A stretch of 56,175 nt of DNA, counting the filler, from Jimgerdemannia flammicorona (lineage: Eukaryota), in the NCBI GenBank assembly GCA_003990765.1. It is 3 parts of 3 records of this genome, joined end to end, with 100 filler letters (N's around TTAATTAATTAA, not from the genome) between each part and the next. Parts side by side here need not be neighbours in the genome. Positions count along the whole stretch, not along the records: positions 18,760 to 37,417 come from RBNJ01002147.1; positions 37,518 to 56,175 come from RBNJ01002148.1; 1 more part is not named here. One strand, given 5' to 3'. Below the pieces are notes generated by a model. The model did no database searches, was not told the origin of the DNA, and saw nothing but the letters and a program-made list of their open reading frames with translations. Positions 36,146 to 48,742 of this stretch are shown one piece after another. Position numbers and translations under genes: made by a program. Position 1 is the first letter of the stretch. The number at the start of each line of letters is the position of its first letter.

Positions 36146-37417
36146 TGTAACGTGCCGGCTCAATGGAGGCAAATTACAAGGTTGGGGGTTGATATAGTTT
36201 GGCTTGAGCCCCCAGTTACTTTGTTAAAAGCAACAAAATGTTCTTGGTGTTTAGTGGTATAATAGTCAAGATCTGGATACTATGTGAGCGGTTTCCTTAT
36301 TGGGATGGTTCTCTGGGTGTAGCAGCAATTTGTGTATCTTTTCCTTCTTGGGTCAACTGGGAATAGCAGTTTCCTTTTGCGTGATGGTCTGGCAATTTAG
36401 CGGTTCTCCTTCTTGGGTGACGGGCGATCTCTGTGTAGCGCGACGATCTCCAAAAGTATGCGATTTCTGGCAGATGACTCGATTTGGCTCACTGAGAATG
36501 TATGGCGTGGGTTCTCCTTTCTGGGAATAATAACTCGGATAATTCGAATAACTGGGAATAATGCTGGCAGCGGATTCTTCTATAGCGGGCTCACTGGGAA
36601 CAACAAATAACTTGAATGGCACAGATTCTTCCTGAATCGGCTTCAACTGGGGATACTATTCGGATGGTGCGAGTGGTCTCGAATCGGGCTCTTCTGGGAA
36701 TGCGGATAACTGGCAGTGGATGATGCAGATTCTTCCTGAATTGGCGGACTTCTCGAAAATGGTGGCTTAACTGGGAATACGGTGGATAACTTAGAAACGG
36801 CAAATAACTTGGATTCTTGGCAAGTTACATCAAAGACTGGCTTTATTTGCATAGGGTTACGTCGTAGACTGGCTCCACTGTGAAGTTGCGTCAGAAAGAC
36901 TGACTTGTGGCAAGAAAGGTGGCAGAAATCTTCAGGCTTATCTGGCAAGCGAACCAATAATTCCAAAGGCGGCGAAGTTCTTCCTTGAACTTAGGTGGCA
37001 AATCTTCAAGCTTTGTATTGGAAAGTGGACCGGAGTGGGAATAAGGGGACCAATTGCTCAATCTTTAGAGACTTCTTTGGTTTACACTTCAATTCGGACT
37101 GAGGTTTTATTCACTCTCGCCACTGGGGTAATTTATACAAGTTGGTTGCTATCTAGTTGCTATGTGGCTAACTATAGACTTGCTCCTTATGGCAGGTGTA
37201 CAGAGTCTGTATGGTGTACAGGACCTGTACGGTGTACAGAGTCTGTACGGTGTACAGCATCTGTACAGGTAAACAGACCCTTTCTGGTATGTCTGGCTAA
37301 TTATACAGTTCCCACAGCAATGGTTGCTAGTTACTAAGCTGAGTGTTCACGTCATCTTGTTCACATCATCTGGTTAAGATATGATTCAGGTGGTACGTCT
37401 TGGCTTGTCTTTTTTTT
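36146..37417 (-). repeat. Younger related LTR (CpG largely retained), runs into the gap
   Basis: Starts TGTAACGTGCCGGCTCAATGGAGGCAAATTACAAG; shares most motifs with 33673-34952. Confidence 0.85.
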
Positions 37418-37517
37418 NNNNNNNNNNNNNNNNNNNNNNNNNNNNNNNNNNNNNNNNNNNNTTAATTAATTAANNNNNNNNNNNNNNNNNNNNNNNNNNN
37501 NNNNNNNNNNNNNNNNN
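37418..37517. other. Assembly gap with artificial linker
   Basis: N-run, TTAATTAATTAA, N-run. Confidence 0.97.
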
Positions 37518-37589
37518 GGTGGTGGGGGAGGGTTTTGGCCTATATAGTCTAGGTTCCCTTCCAATAAAAATCTGCAGGACTATGAGTCC

Positions 37590-37627
<38 letters not shown>
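37518..37627 (+). mobile_element. 3' end of a poly(A)-tailed (non-LTR-like) repeat
   Basis: GGTGGTGGGGAGGGTTTTGGCCTATATAGTCTAGGTTCCCTTCCAATAAAA..GAGTCCATT-(A)n; inverted copy at 39719-39808. Confidence 0.6.
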
Positions 37628-37630
<3 letters not shown>

Positions 37631-39718
37631 TTCTCAGTATTTGTAGATAATAAGTTTCTAGTATTGAGATATCTAGGTAATATCTGTATCATAGCAGTAT
37701 TTAATTATATCTTCTAGAAGATAGCTAATTTAATAGTAGCTTAAGATTTGTCTAATTCAGTAAGTTTTACTAAGTATATTTAGGATATTCTATTAGGCTT
37801 CTATAAAGTAAAGAGATATCAGACTATAGATATTCATGAGGGGTAGGAGAGATATAGCTTAATTGACAATGATATTTCAAATATCAGTACAGATATAATT
37901 GTAGATCTCAGTGATCATATTTGTATATATATTCAAGAGTTATAGTTATTTATTTGATTTGTTATAGTTCTCTATTTTGATATATCTGAGTGCTTAGTAT
38001 ATATATATTTGATCCTACTTAGTAAGATTCCATTTGTATAAATCTTGTATTCTGTGACTTTGAGTTGACTCAGCTTTGTGCTCTGTGACTTCAGTTTGAC
38101 TCAGCTTCATAATCTTGCCAGATTTGTTCTGAGGGTGACGTGTGATTTCAGTGGCTTAGAGGTTGTATACTTATATTTTTGAACATTATGGAATAATGCA
38201 CCCTCTATGCCAGCATTTTGGCAAAGTCTAGCAGTTAATTATGAGACATTTTTCAGGCTCTCAAAAGCCTCCCTTACTGCATTACATTTGCATACATATA
38301 TATTGACATCTCTCATCTATGAGCAGATTATATGCATTACATTTTGTGGGTATTTCAGAACACTTTTTGACCTGCGAAAATTCCTTAGATATAGGATTTT
38401 AGTTCTTTGGGTTATATGCAGTTCTAGTTTTTGCATGTGTTGCATTGCCTTTTACTCTAGTTTGCATTCTTTTGGTTTACATATCTTATTGAGCGGGAGT
38501 GTTGGGATGGCAACTCGATATATCAGCACGTGACTTACGCCATTCCATCAGTTTTACATCATTCATCTGTAACGCGTGAAATACGCGACCTATGCAACTT
38601 CAATAAAAATGCCTCTCTCTTTACAACATTTTTTTTGGCGAATTTTATATAGACAAGACAGGCAACCTAGATATGATCGGCTAGAAGGCAGGATACGTGA
38701 TACAGCGATCTTTGTGTGTGACCAATTTGTCTATAATCGGCCTGAACACAGAATTAAAGATCAGAGGCGCAGTCGCGTCCTTTTACATGTTTGTATCCGA
38801 AAATGGATACATGTTATCTGAGCAAACACGCACAGCTCGCCAGTTGGAACTCATCACGCAGCTGCAAACAACAGTTCGCTCGGTTCAAACATAAGATCAT
38901 TAACAATACTCACGCGTTGCAAGCGTACTTCAGGATATGGTTGAAAGTTCAACATGATCTTGGCTCAAAGTCTGCGACGGGGTTCGAACGGCGTGGACTT
39001 GGAAGTAAATAGAAGGAAAAATACCACGATCCATTAAAGCAAGTGCCCTCTTGCAAAGGATACCACCATACATGAAGGGAGGTCAATAACACTTCCCGTC
39101 ATAAAGAGCGGCCGAAACGAACTCTCTTCGGTACCACTTCCTTCGAAGGGCACGAAAAAAGGCTCGTTTGGTATCCAACTGGCATTCCGATGACGCTACA
39201 AGCCCGGCAATTTTCTCTGCCTCACGCGACGTTTCGCTAAATAGAATAAACGGCCAATCCAGAAGCTGGAAGCAACTGGGTGCTTGCTGCAAAGCGATTA
39301 GAACACCAAAAGGCTGGCGAAGGCGGGCGGAAATGCGGAATGTTGGCGGAAACACAAAATGCAGATGATGCAGGCGGATTATTAGACAACAGATGCAGAT
39401 CTCGCAATAGCGATTACTCGACCGAGAATGAAAGAAAGGGAGAGTTCTTACCTCAGAGGCTCACATTGGGGAGGCTGCTACGGCACTGGCAAGATCTTTT
39501 GCGTTCGTCCAAGAGCATGTGCGGAAATGGGGGAACATCGGGGATATGTAAACGTAGGGTGAAGCCGTATTTGGCCACAGCAACAAATATTTGGAGAAAA
39601 AAGTCATTCACTCGTTTTAATTAGTAGATATATATTATATAAAGTTGTAAATAAAATATCTCTCTCTCGAAAAAAATAAAATAAATAAAAAATAAAAAAG
39701 GAGTCAAATTAGGACTTA

Positions 39719-40900
39719 CTTTTTTTTTTTTTTTAATGGACTCAATGTCCCATGGATTTTATTGGAAGGGAACCTAGACTATATAGGCCAAAACCCTCCC
39801 CCACCACCCACCAGACATTATCCCCTCATTAACCTAGGTTACTGAATTATCCTTTTCAGCTATACATGTCAGATACACTGACTCCCACTACATAGATTAG
39901 ACTTGTCTGTTCACCAGGGCTCGATCATCATGACTACATATAAGAGCACACCAATATGTCAGATCTAGCAATACTGGGACTGAATAAGTAATAGCCCCCT
40001 GAACCCCAAACAAAGGCCTGAAGCAAAAAAAAACCCCCCAACTGATCAACAGTAGACAGAATAGATTCAAAGCAGATAAGTAAAGAACTTATATGCAGGA
40101 CCCCTCTCAAAAGGACTGATATATAGACTAAGGCTTGAACAAGCCCCATTTCTACTCTCTGAGCTATGGGCCTTGATTACATTACTGTATTAGCTCCCAG
40201 TTTCAGTCAGGTACTGTCAAATGAGAGAAGACCTACTCCTCAAGCCTGTAGGCCTCAATCACATTACTACATTAGCTCTTAGTTTTAGTTGAATATAGCC
40301 AGGATACTGGCTCCTGCACTACTCCACTCTCTGCCAGCCAATCAAAAGGCCCTACCAAGATAATGTCTGCACTAACCCCAATGACTGCTCTCAGCCTAGT
40401 ACTTTACTGGTCACTATTATTGCTCTTCTGCTTATCTGTGATGGTCATCTCTTCTTCCATCCTGACTCCACTCAAAAAACAGTCTTTTGTATTAGAACCA
40501 TACTTACTGAAAAGCTTGCTAAAGCTCAGAGAGCTCTACTATAAGTACTAGAGATCTGCAGGTAACTTATACTGATACTTGATATCTAAGGTCAGCTAAC
40601 TCTATATATAGTCTAAGATATATTACAATGATATCTTATTAATGATAGCAAAAGAAAGAAAGCACTACACCAAAACAAGTATACCCCAAATATAGCTGAA
40701 GATACTAGAAACTATAAAGCAGTAGAGAAAACACTGATCTGATACTAATAAAGGGGTAATTTATCATCATTACCTCTCTTCTACTATCCTACAATAGATA
40801 TAGTAAACCAACCTGAGATAGAGAGAGTATAAGTTGTGGAAAGTAGACTCAGAAGGTTGCCTACCAAATCTTGTAACTGATAAGATAGTAGAGAAAGGAG
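39719..40900 (-). mobile_element. Degenerate poly(A)-tailed retroelement (LINE-like), family not identified
   Basis: Poly(T) followed by the reverse complement of 37518-37593, then a CpG-depleted body. Right boundary approximate. Confidence 0.5.
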
Positions 40901-41400
40901 TTATTCTTGTTAAATTAAAACTTATTAAGATTATTTGTTTATAATCTAAATAGTAATAATTTTAATTAATATATTTTATTTTATCTAAAGAAATATTAAA
41001 AACTCTGAGCTATCAAATATAAATTAATAATATGATATTATTTATATATTAAACCAAAGAGTTAATCTTTAATACAAAAAATAAATAAAATAAATATAAA
41101 ATTTATAGTTTATTAAATTAATCTGATCAATTATATAATGATCTAATAAAGATTATTAATTAATTTTTTTAATAAATTAAATAACTTTATAAATTTACTT
41201 TTAATTGATTCTTTCAATATTATTTATTTTTAAAGTTAATTCTTTAAAATAAACAAATAAAATTAAAATAAGTTAAATAACTATAAAGATTAATTTTAGC
41301 TTATTCGAATCCTCTTAACATTATTAAGAAAATTTGTTACCATACTATTTTCAGATAATGATTGATTTCAGACGATCAAAATATCTTCCAAACATCCCAC

Positions 41401-42612
41401 TCACAACTCATTCTTCACACTTTCTTCCACTCCATACACTTCGTATTCGACCTCGGGCACCAGCCTCGGCATGCCCTGGGGGCAGAACACGTACTTCCCA
41501 ACCTTCCCTATCGACCACGTGGTCCCTGCGTCGACGACGAACCCAACAACTTTGCCTATGAGTGGTACGATCCCACCAAGGGTAACGAGCGCACCCTTCT
41601 CCTTATTAGCGACAGCGAACTTGCGTACGAGCTTGGTGCCAACCTTGCGGTTGATCCTGTGAATAAGCTGCGCGGGCACCTGATCGACGGAGTGATGCGC
41701 GAGCAGTTCCGCCATATTTTTCGCGGCGCGGCCGAAGGAGGAACTGGCGCCGTCTGCGACAAGGCAGAGATAGATCATAGTTCGCACGGCGTCGTCAGAC
41801 GGGTCGAGGTGCGCGGCGGCGGCGAGGCTCTGGAGCATGTGCAGCTGGATGGAGAGAGTGGAGACGTAATTGACTAGGAGCGGGGTCGGGAGTGCGCCTG
41901 GAATGGCTGGGAGACCCGGTGTGCCAGAGCCGGAAAAGGCGATGCCTGCGAGACCTGCGGCGAGGGAGTTGTAGAAGATGGTGCGGTCGGCGGAGTGGAA
42001 GTATTCAACGTCAAAGGTCTCGCAACGCGGGACGAGCCATGGGAGGGCTTGTTGCGGTAGAGAGGCCTTCTTGCGGACATTATCGACGAGGAGGTTGAGC
42101 ATTGAGCCTCCGTAGACGGTGGCTTTGGTGGCGGGGGCGAGGAGGATGGTGCGGGGTAAGGTGGGGGCATAGTGGGCGTTGAAGGTTTCTGGGGTATCGA
42201 AGTCGCCAACCTTGGATGCAGATTCGTAGACGGTATCAAGAATGGCGAGGGCGGTGGCGATGTCCAGGCCTGGAGCGTGGGAGGATGAGGCGTGGAGTTC
42301 GGAGGATGGCGCGGGGTGCGGTTTGCCGAAAAGGAACTCGACCTTGTCGGGAACATGGGTATCCTCGACAACTTCAACAGTGGCCAAGGTCTCATTCAGG
42401 GCGCGGGCAGAGATCAGGGCGGTCCAGTGGCGCACTTCGGCCAGGGTATCCAGGTCGTGGTAGAACTCCTCGGCGACTGCCTTGCCAAGGAAGGCTTGAA
42501 ATTTGGAGAGGGAGTCGTCGAGCGAGGTTGCGGTGACGGCTGTGTCGCGGCGGAGGGTGGCGACGAGCAGCAGGGTTGCGGGCAGGAGTGTCAAAGCAGC
42601 TGTTGGACGCAT
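41401..42612 (-). CDS. Secreted EcsC-family protein (403 aa, intronless)
   Basis: Hydrophobic N-terminus MRPTAALTLLPATLLLVATL; C-terminal half IQLHMLQSLA..LDPSDDAVRTMIYLCL..INRKVGTKLVRKF..KGALVTLGGIVPLIGKVVGFVVDA resembles bacterial EcsC proteins. Confidence 0.72.
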   Translation of the reverse strand: MRPTAALTLLPATLLLVATLRRDTAVTATSLDDSLSKFQAFLGKAVAEEFYHDLDTLAEVRHWTALISARALNETLATVEVVEDTHVPDKVEFLFGKPHPAPSSELHASSSHAPGLDIATALAILDTVYESASKVGDFDTPETFNAHYAPTLPRTILLAPATKATVYGGSMLNLLVDNVRKKASLPQQALPWLVPRCETFDVEYFHSADRTIFYNSLAAGLAGIAFSGSGTPGLPAIPGALPTPLLVNYVSTLSIQLHMLQSLAAAAHLDPSDDAVRTMIYLCLVADGASSSFGRAAKNMAELLAHHSVDQVPAQLIHRINRKVGTKLVRKFAVANKEKGALVTLGGIVPLIGKVVGFVVDAGTTWSIGKVGKYVFCPQGMPRLVPEVEYEVYGVEESVKNEL

Positions 42613-42745
42613 GGCTGGTTTGAAATGAGCGTAAGGGGAATTGGCTGGCTTTGCATCACACCATTTATCCTTGCAAGTCACATAATTACTGTGTATAATT
42701 TCCCTTTCCTCCCCTTTCAACACTTTTCTTTGTTGCTCTCCGAAA

Positions 42746-44028
42746 ATGGGCCCGACAGACCCATTGTCCTTCCCTAACCCTACACAGGCCCTTGTGTTTT
42801 ACCTCCAATCTTTTAGCTGCCTTGTTTCTCCCACAGACACACTGCTTTCCACGACCGTCCACCCGGCCTTGGACGAGACATGCATGCAGGGTTGTTGCGG
42901 AACCATTGCTTTGGAGCTGGGTCTCGTTCCGCACCAAGGTCCTATCTTTTGTTTGAAACGCTAAAAAAGGCTCTATTGGTCCAAAGCACCTGAATTCACA
43001 GGTTGTTATTGCTACATTTGTTGCTCTCTTGCAGACGATAGCGCCTCCGAGTTCATTCAACTCCTCGGGATATTTGGCTGTAAGAATGTCGATGAGGTGA
43101 ATCTGTATGCATAGTGTTTCCGGAATGCCGATGAGGTGAATCTGTATGCATAGTGTTTCCGTATTTTAACATGTCCACTAACGCTTATTACCGCTTAACC
43201 TTCACAGATGAACCAGCAACTGAAGAAACGGTATGTACGAGATCCTCTCGTATATTTCAACCTCGAATAATATCGCCAGTACTAACTCCAGATACCAAAT
43301 CTCCCACAAGCTTTGGAAAACTGTCGCTCGGCCTCCTCACTACCTCCCCAACCCTCCACGCCCTCTCCACCACTCTCTTATTCGCCCACGCTGAGCACCT
43401 TCCAACCCCCCCACCGGCCGTCACTCTCGCACACCACATCCAATCCCTCCTTTCCGCCAATCCCCAATCCACAACCACGCCCATCGACGTCCTCTTCATC
43501 CACCTCTCCCCGCCCGTCCCCGCCACCCCCGATGCCTACCGCCCCCTAATCGACCTCGTCGACGCCGTTTTCGCCGCCCTCCTCGACACCACCCCCAAGG
43601 TGCTCAAGATTGCGCTGACTTCCTGGGCGGCCGACGAGCCATCGGGGTGCGCGAACACGCTCTACCTCGACCCCCCTACAGACCTCGATGAACGCGCCAG
43701 TTTCCTTCGCCCAAAGCAGAGTCACGTGACAAAGGACGGGGAGGAGGTGGCAGTGGATACAACGTACGCGACCTCATCCCCCTTTTCTGTTTTGATTACT
43801 TTCTTATTTCGTACTGCACCAGCCTCATCCTCCCTCCTCGTGAATCTACACAGCCGCGGCCCAATCACAGCTCTCTACCACCACCACGGTTCGACGCGCC
43901 GCGACGCCACCGCCCGGTTTACCGAGCGCGAGGTGCTTGAGCGAGGCGAGAACGGGCGTATCCTGGCCTGGCACTTCCTGGCCGAGGTGGGGTACAAGCT
44001 GGGGTTTGTGCCCAAGTATGGGGCTTGA
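42746..44028 (+). CDS. Conserved uncharacterised protein ending FLAEVGYKLGFVPKYGA (multi-exon; 5' structure approximate)
   Basis: GC-rich coding segments; RPKQS and TRRD...F...G..I....FL.EV..KL...PKYGA resemble an uncharacterised eukaryotic family; GT/AG introns, e.g. 43764-43851. Confidence 0.65.
43084..43161 (+). repeat. 39-bp tandem duplication
   Basis: GAATGYCGATGAGGTGAATCTGTATGCATAGTGTTTCCG twice. Confidence 0.85.
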
Positions 44029-44476
44029 GCGATGGATCAGATTAGTGCCGAGAATGGAGTGCGAGAGATGGTAATAGTGTGAAGGGTTTTGTTGGGATTT
44101 TGGGGGATGCAAGATGGAGGCTAGGATGACGGACAGTTGCAATGTACATCCAATATGCTTCACGTGCAGAACAATTTGCAATGTAATCTCAAACACTGAC
44201 ACTGTCCGACACGGCACGTATTCTACACCATTTCTTCAAGCCCAACATCGCCAATCCCGACACAACTCCGAACATCAAAGCACGGACGATCATCTGCACC
44301 CTTTATAAAACTGTATCCCAGATACGTATTAAATAAACAACAACGACAACTTGCCTTCTACATACCACACATTCCGACGACCCAGAACTCAAAACAAGGA
44401 TAACAGAAAAATTTAACGTCAAAGGGAGAAATCAGAAAAAAAAAAAAAAAAAAAAAAAAAAAATAAAAAAAAAAGG

Positions 44477-44513
<37 letters not shown>

Positions 44514-44987
44514 AGTAGGGGGGAAACGAGATTAAGAGGAGAGGGAAAGAAAAGAAGCAAAAGCGGTTACGGAATGCGAGGGGTTCCGCTTGGATACCGA
44601 GATGTACGACAAGGGGTAAGGAAAGGGATATTCTAACAACCGTGTTGGCCAATCAAAGTGATCTCTAGGAACGAGGGAAAGAAAGAAAAAAAAAAAAAAC
44701 ATGCGGTCGAAAGGTAAACGAAATGGGAAGAGCGGGGGAGGGGGAGATGATATCATTTTATCAGGAAATTGGATTTCCGGCGCGCCTGCAACAAAACACT
44801 CTTAATAAGGGAACAGGGATAATATCACAAAACACGACATCGAGCCTCAGACTGCTGAACCCCTCCCTCCACAAAACGAGGGGACAAAGGTTTGGCAAAC
44901 GCGACCAAGATTAAACACATATGAGGTCTGCCGCCGACCGACCCTGGCCTCTTCACAACCCTCTCCCCTCCGAAACTCTCGTAACCC

Positions 44988-46981
44988 TTACTTCCGCCTT
45001 GTCGACCGATTGGCGTTAAGCATATCGTTCATCTCGCGCTCCTCCGCCTCGATCAGCCTCCTCTGCTCTTCTAGCTCAGCCATAAGCTGCTGCCTGCGCT
45101 GGTTGAGCTGTTCCTCGCGCTGCCGGAGGCTCTGCTCCTTCTCGCGGACCTTCTGGACGAAAGTCTGGCGCATTTCCTCCTCCTTGCGCAGCATCTCCTC
45201 GGAGAGGGTGGCCTTGGTGTTCTCGATGCGAACCTCATACTGTTCGTCGCATGCCAGAATTGATTCGGGGCGGCCGCCGCGGCGCAGCAGGCCCGCACGG
45301 TAGTTGTGGTAGTGGTGCGAATGCGTGATGTCGATCAGCTCGTGCAGGCACGAGGTCATAATCAACTCGCGGAGGTAGATGAAGTCGCAGTGCTTCACGT
45401 TCTCGACTGGTTGGTGGGTGTGGGTGGGTGGGTGGGAGAGGAGGACGATAGTCACATTTAGGATTAGTGGGATGAGATGACTTGATGCCTGGTGATGATG
45501 TCGTACATAGGTCTATCCGTTCTTGCTCTTACTTTCATATCTGCCCCAGTAGCCCAAGGCCACTACATACCTTCAACAACTCCCCATCGGTAGGAGCGGC
45601 CACGGACCTTCTTTCCAGCCGCGTTGACGAAATTGTCGCTGCCAATGACGGTAAAGGGGATGTGTTTCTACATGAGGGCAATCCAACACAAGGTGAGTCA
45701 GCGAGTCAGCAAGGGCAAAGACAATATCACGTGACACATCATCCCACTACCCCACCCACCTCCAATTCCACGATCATCTCGCGATCGTCCGGGTACGCGG
45801 ACGGGTAAATCTTGATGTTGTGCGCGTCCAGGCCGCCTAGGATGGAGCGCTTGAAGCTAACTTTCTCCTCGGGGGTCAGGGTATCGGCCTTGGCGATGAC
45901 GGGGATCACGTTCACCTTGGCGGAGAGGGTCTGGAGAGCGAGAATGTCAAGCTCCTTGAGGCTGCAAGTTGGTCATTGGAACGTGAGAAAGGCGGGAAAT
46001 GGTAAGGTACGAAGGAGGAATCTCGGTGGAAAGTACCGTCGGAGAGATAGAGAGCAAAGCGATGAGGACAACACGTACGTGTGACCAGTGGGAGGGATGA
46101 AGTAAAGCAGCGCGTGCACCCTGGTATCCGGGATCGCGCGACGGAACTCGGCACTGCGCTCAGCATCGTAGTAGGCCTGGAACTGTTCATCAATGTATTC
46201 GATGATGGGTTCAAGGCTGCAGTGTATGTGGTAGGCGGGGGAATTAGGATCACAGATTGTTATCGATAGGGTTGAAAAATCAGTTGCAGGAAGATGCAGC
46301 AACTTACTCGGTGCTACGGTTCAAGCGATCACCAAATCCGGGGGTATCGATCACGCAAAGGTTGAGCGACACGCCATCCTCGACCAGCTCTACACGAACA
46401 CGAATACGAATCGATAGAGATATACAAATACATGCCATGAATCAGTCCGAGTTTCGGGCACCTCGAGTCATAAATATTTCGCACGAAGACAAAGATCGAG
46501 GCCAATCGCTTACCGTAAGTCTTGGGGGAAATGACGACGGTCTTAGTGGACTGGGGAGTCTCGGGAATGATGCTTTCGACAAGGTCGGTGTTGAACAGGG
46601 TGTTCATGAAGGTCGTCTTACCTAGACCAGTTTCGCCTTAATGAAGAGGAGTAAAGCAGAAAACGAGAAGTGAGAAATACCACCAGAAAAAAAAAAAAAA
46701 AAAAAAAAAAAAAATCGTGCTATAGTCCGGCGTCATGCCGTGTGCGTGTATGCGCAGCGCAGTCGCTTGTGGTCAGACCGCTCGTCCGCACAATAAGCAC
46801 CCTATTCGCCCAAAAGGTCATTCCGACAGACTTACCAACAACCATAACGTTGAGGACGTAGGGCGTCCTCTTCGACTTGACGAAGCGCTGGGTGGGGAGA
46901 GCTTCAATACCGAGAGGCTGGTTGAGGGTAACCTTGCGTGCCGGGGGGACCTTCCACGGGCCGGGATCGGGAAACAAACCC
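44988..46981 (-). CDS. Septin with C-terminal coiled coil (further 5' exons probably up to ~47410)
   Basis: [21 protein letters not shown] (P-loop), [60 protein letters not shown]. Confidence 0.95.
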
Positions 46982-47672
46982 CTAGCAGATGGGGAAGATG
47001 GGCGGAGCAGAAGGGTGCATAAAGGAGAGGAGAGAGAGAATTGTGGTCAGATGGAGGTAAGAAACGTTTGGTGGGAGAATAACCGCGCGGCGCGTCGGAG
47101 TGCGTGTGTGCGTACAAACGCGGAGCGTGGAGTAGCAAAGTGGGATCAAGGCTGATGATGGGGTGGGGAGCGACGCGTGCGTGGGAGTTGCGAAGAGATT
47201 ATCAAATGCGGAGGTCTTTACCTGTGTTGTAGCGCGTATTCCTAGAAGGACGAAGAGAGCATTGTCGAAGATGAGGTTAGAGGTTTGGAGGCAGATGATG
47301 ATGAAGAGCGTCTGGGGGTGTGGACAGAGGCCATAAGAGCGACGATGGGGGGGGTGCAACTGTGAAACTCGGGCAGCAAGACAGGGTGAGTGTTGGGACG
47401 TACCAAAGGCATGTTTGTTTACAGACTCTGGGTTCTTCTTGGCTTGGTGGCAGACGTAGGGTTGAAGGTGTGTCTCTGCTCGTGCTGTTCAAGGAAGTTG
47501 GCCGGGTTGCGTGCATTGGTTGAATTAATTGACACGTTACACACGCGACAGCAGTCGGTCGAATGACAGCACGCATGCCAGCCACAGGCTCCCCACGCCC
47601 CTTACAAACCATTAATGTATCCTTATCCTGTGTGTGCTACCCATTGCCATTCTGCCATCAACTATTTATTTA

Positions 47673-48604
47673 CTACATATTGTCATGTCGTCTGGCATTC
47701 TCCATAAATTCAGTTTGCCGCGCCTTCTTCTTTGTAAACTCTTCCTTCTGGATCTGCACCTTGATCGTATTGAAGCTCGGCTCGAACCGTACGTTCGCCG
47801 GGATCTTATCCTTTTTCTCCTCAAAAAACTGCTGCACCGCACTGCCTTTCCTGGGCGCCTCTTTAGCCAGAAAGAAATCCACGGCGTCTTGCACCGTCGC
47901 GATGTTGTTCAGGACCAGGTTGGGTATGTCCTTGCCAGTCTTCGCGACCGACTCTTTCAGGATCTTTGATCAACAATCATGTCGAAAAGGGGGTCGGGTT
48001 AAAAAACGTGGAAGAATGGAATTGGAAAAAAAAAAAAAAAAAAAAAACCGCTGGAATACATAAGACCGACAGTCTTCGTGAAAGAACAAATCCTGATATC
48101 AGGATTGTTACGATACCTTAAATTTCAGCGACGGATCGGACAATTTAACGCTCATCCATGACGCCTCCACCGCGCTCGCGTTCTCGACGTTCGCCAGCAC
48201 CACTTCCCGAACGACCTGGCGCAGCTCTTCCGCGTTGGCTGGTTTCCGTCTGAGGCATGAATAGGCAGATTTGTGATTAGTTCCGCCAATACAAATATAT
48301 GAATAATAAACAGAACAAAACCACAATAAACTCACAATGGTACCCTATCCTCCTCCACCTCCGTCTCCACACACTCCGCACCGATCCTTTGCAAATCAAA
48401 CCCATCCAAAACCGAAGTCTTCTTTGCCGCTGGCTCTTCGACCGCCTTATTCCTTAAGAAGTTTTTAAAGCTATGCCACGCGTGCACCTTTTCCTTTTCC
48501 TTGCGGACGGCAGGCCGTGTGTGGATAGACGCAACTATGAAAATAAGATGCGGGTTCGGGGCGAGCAGGGCGCGCGTGAGGGTGGATGGTGGTGGGCGTA
48601 GCAT
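47673..48604 (-). CDS. Probable mitochondrial ribosomal protein mL50, 3 exons
   Basis: Mitochondrial-type presequence MLRPPPSTLTRALL; W..VKLSDPSLKFK|ILKESVAKTGKDIPNLVLNNIATVQDAVDFF..IPANVRF fits the mL50 pattern. Confidence 0.65.
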
Positions 48605-48742
48605 AGTGTGTGTGGGTTTGTAAATTTTAAAAATGTTGGGCTTTTGGGCCGATCGTGGGCCGATCGTGGGCACGTGACCTTCGTGAATTATTTTTTATCC
48701 AAGCCACAAAGTCGCTTCTTCGCTTCTCGCTTCTTCGCTTCC
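48605..48742. promoter_or_regulatory. Compact bidirectional promoter between mL50 and NOC4
   Basis: 138 bp between divergent ATGs; tandem GGGCCGATCGT and a CACGTG E-box. Confidence 0.5.

Noticed and set aside
40900..41330. Extremely AT-rich block, possibly a MITE or centromere-like DNA
   Set aside because: No reliable TIR or TSD could be read; best explained as a terminally eroded repeat.
44435..44512. Long A-tract giving poly-Phe ORFs
   Set aside because: Homopolymer/low-complexity sequence in the intergenic or 3' UTR region; not coding.
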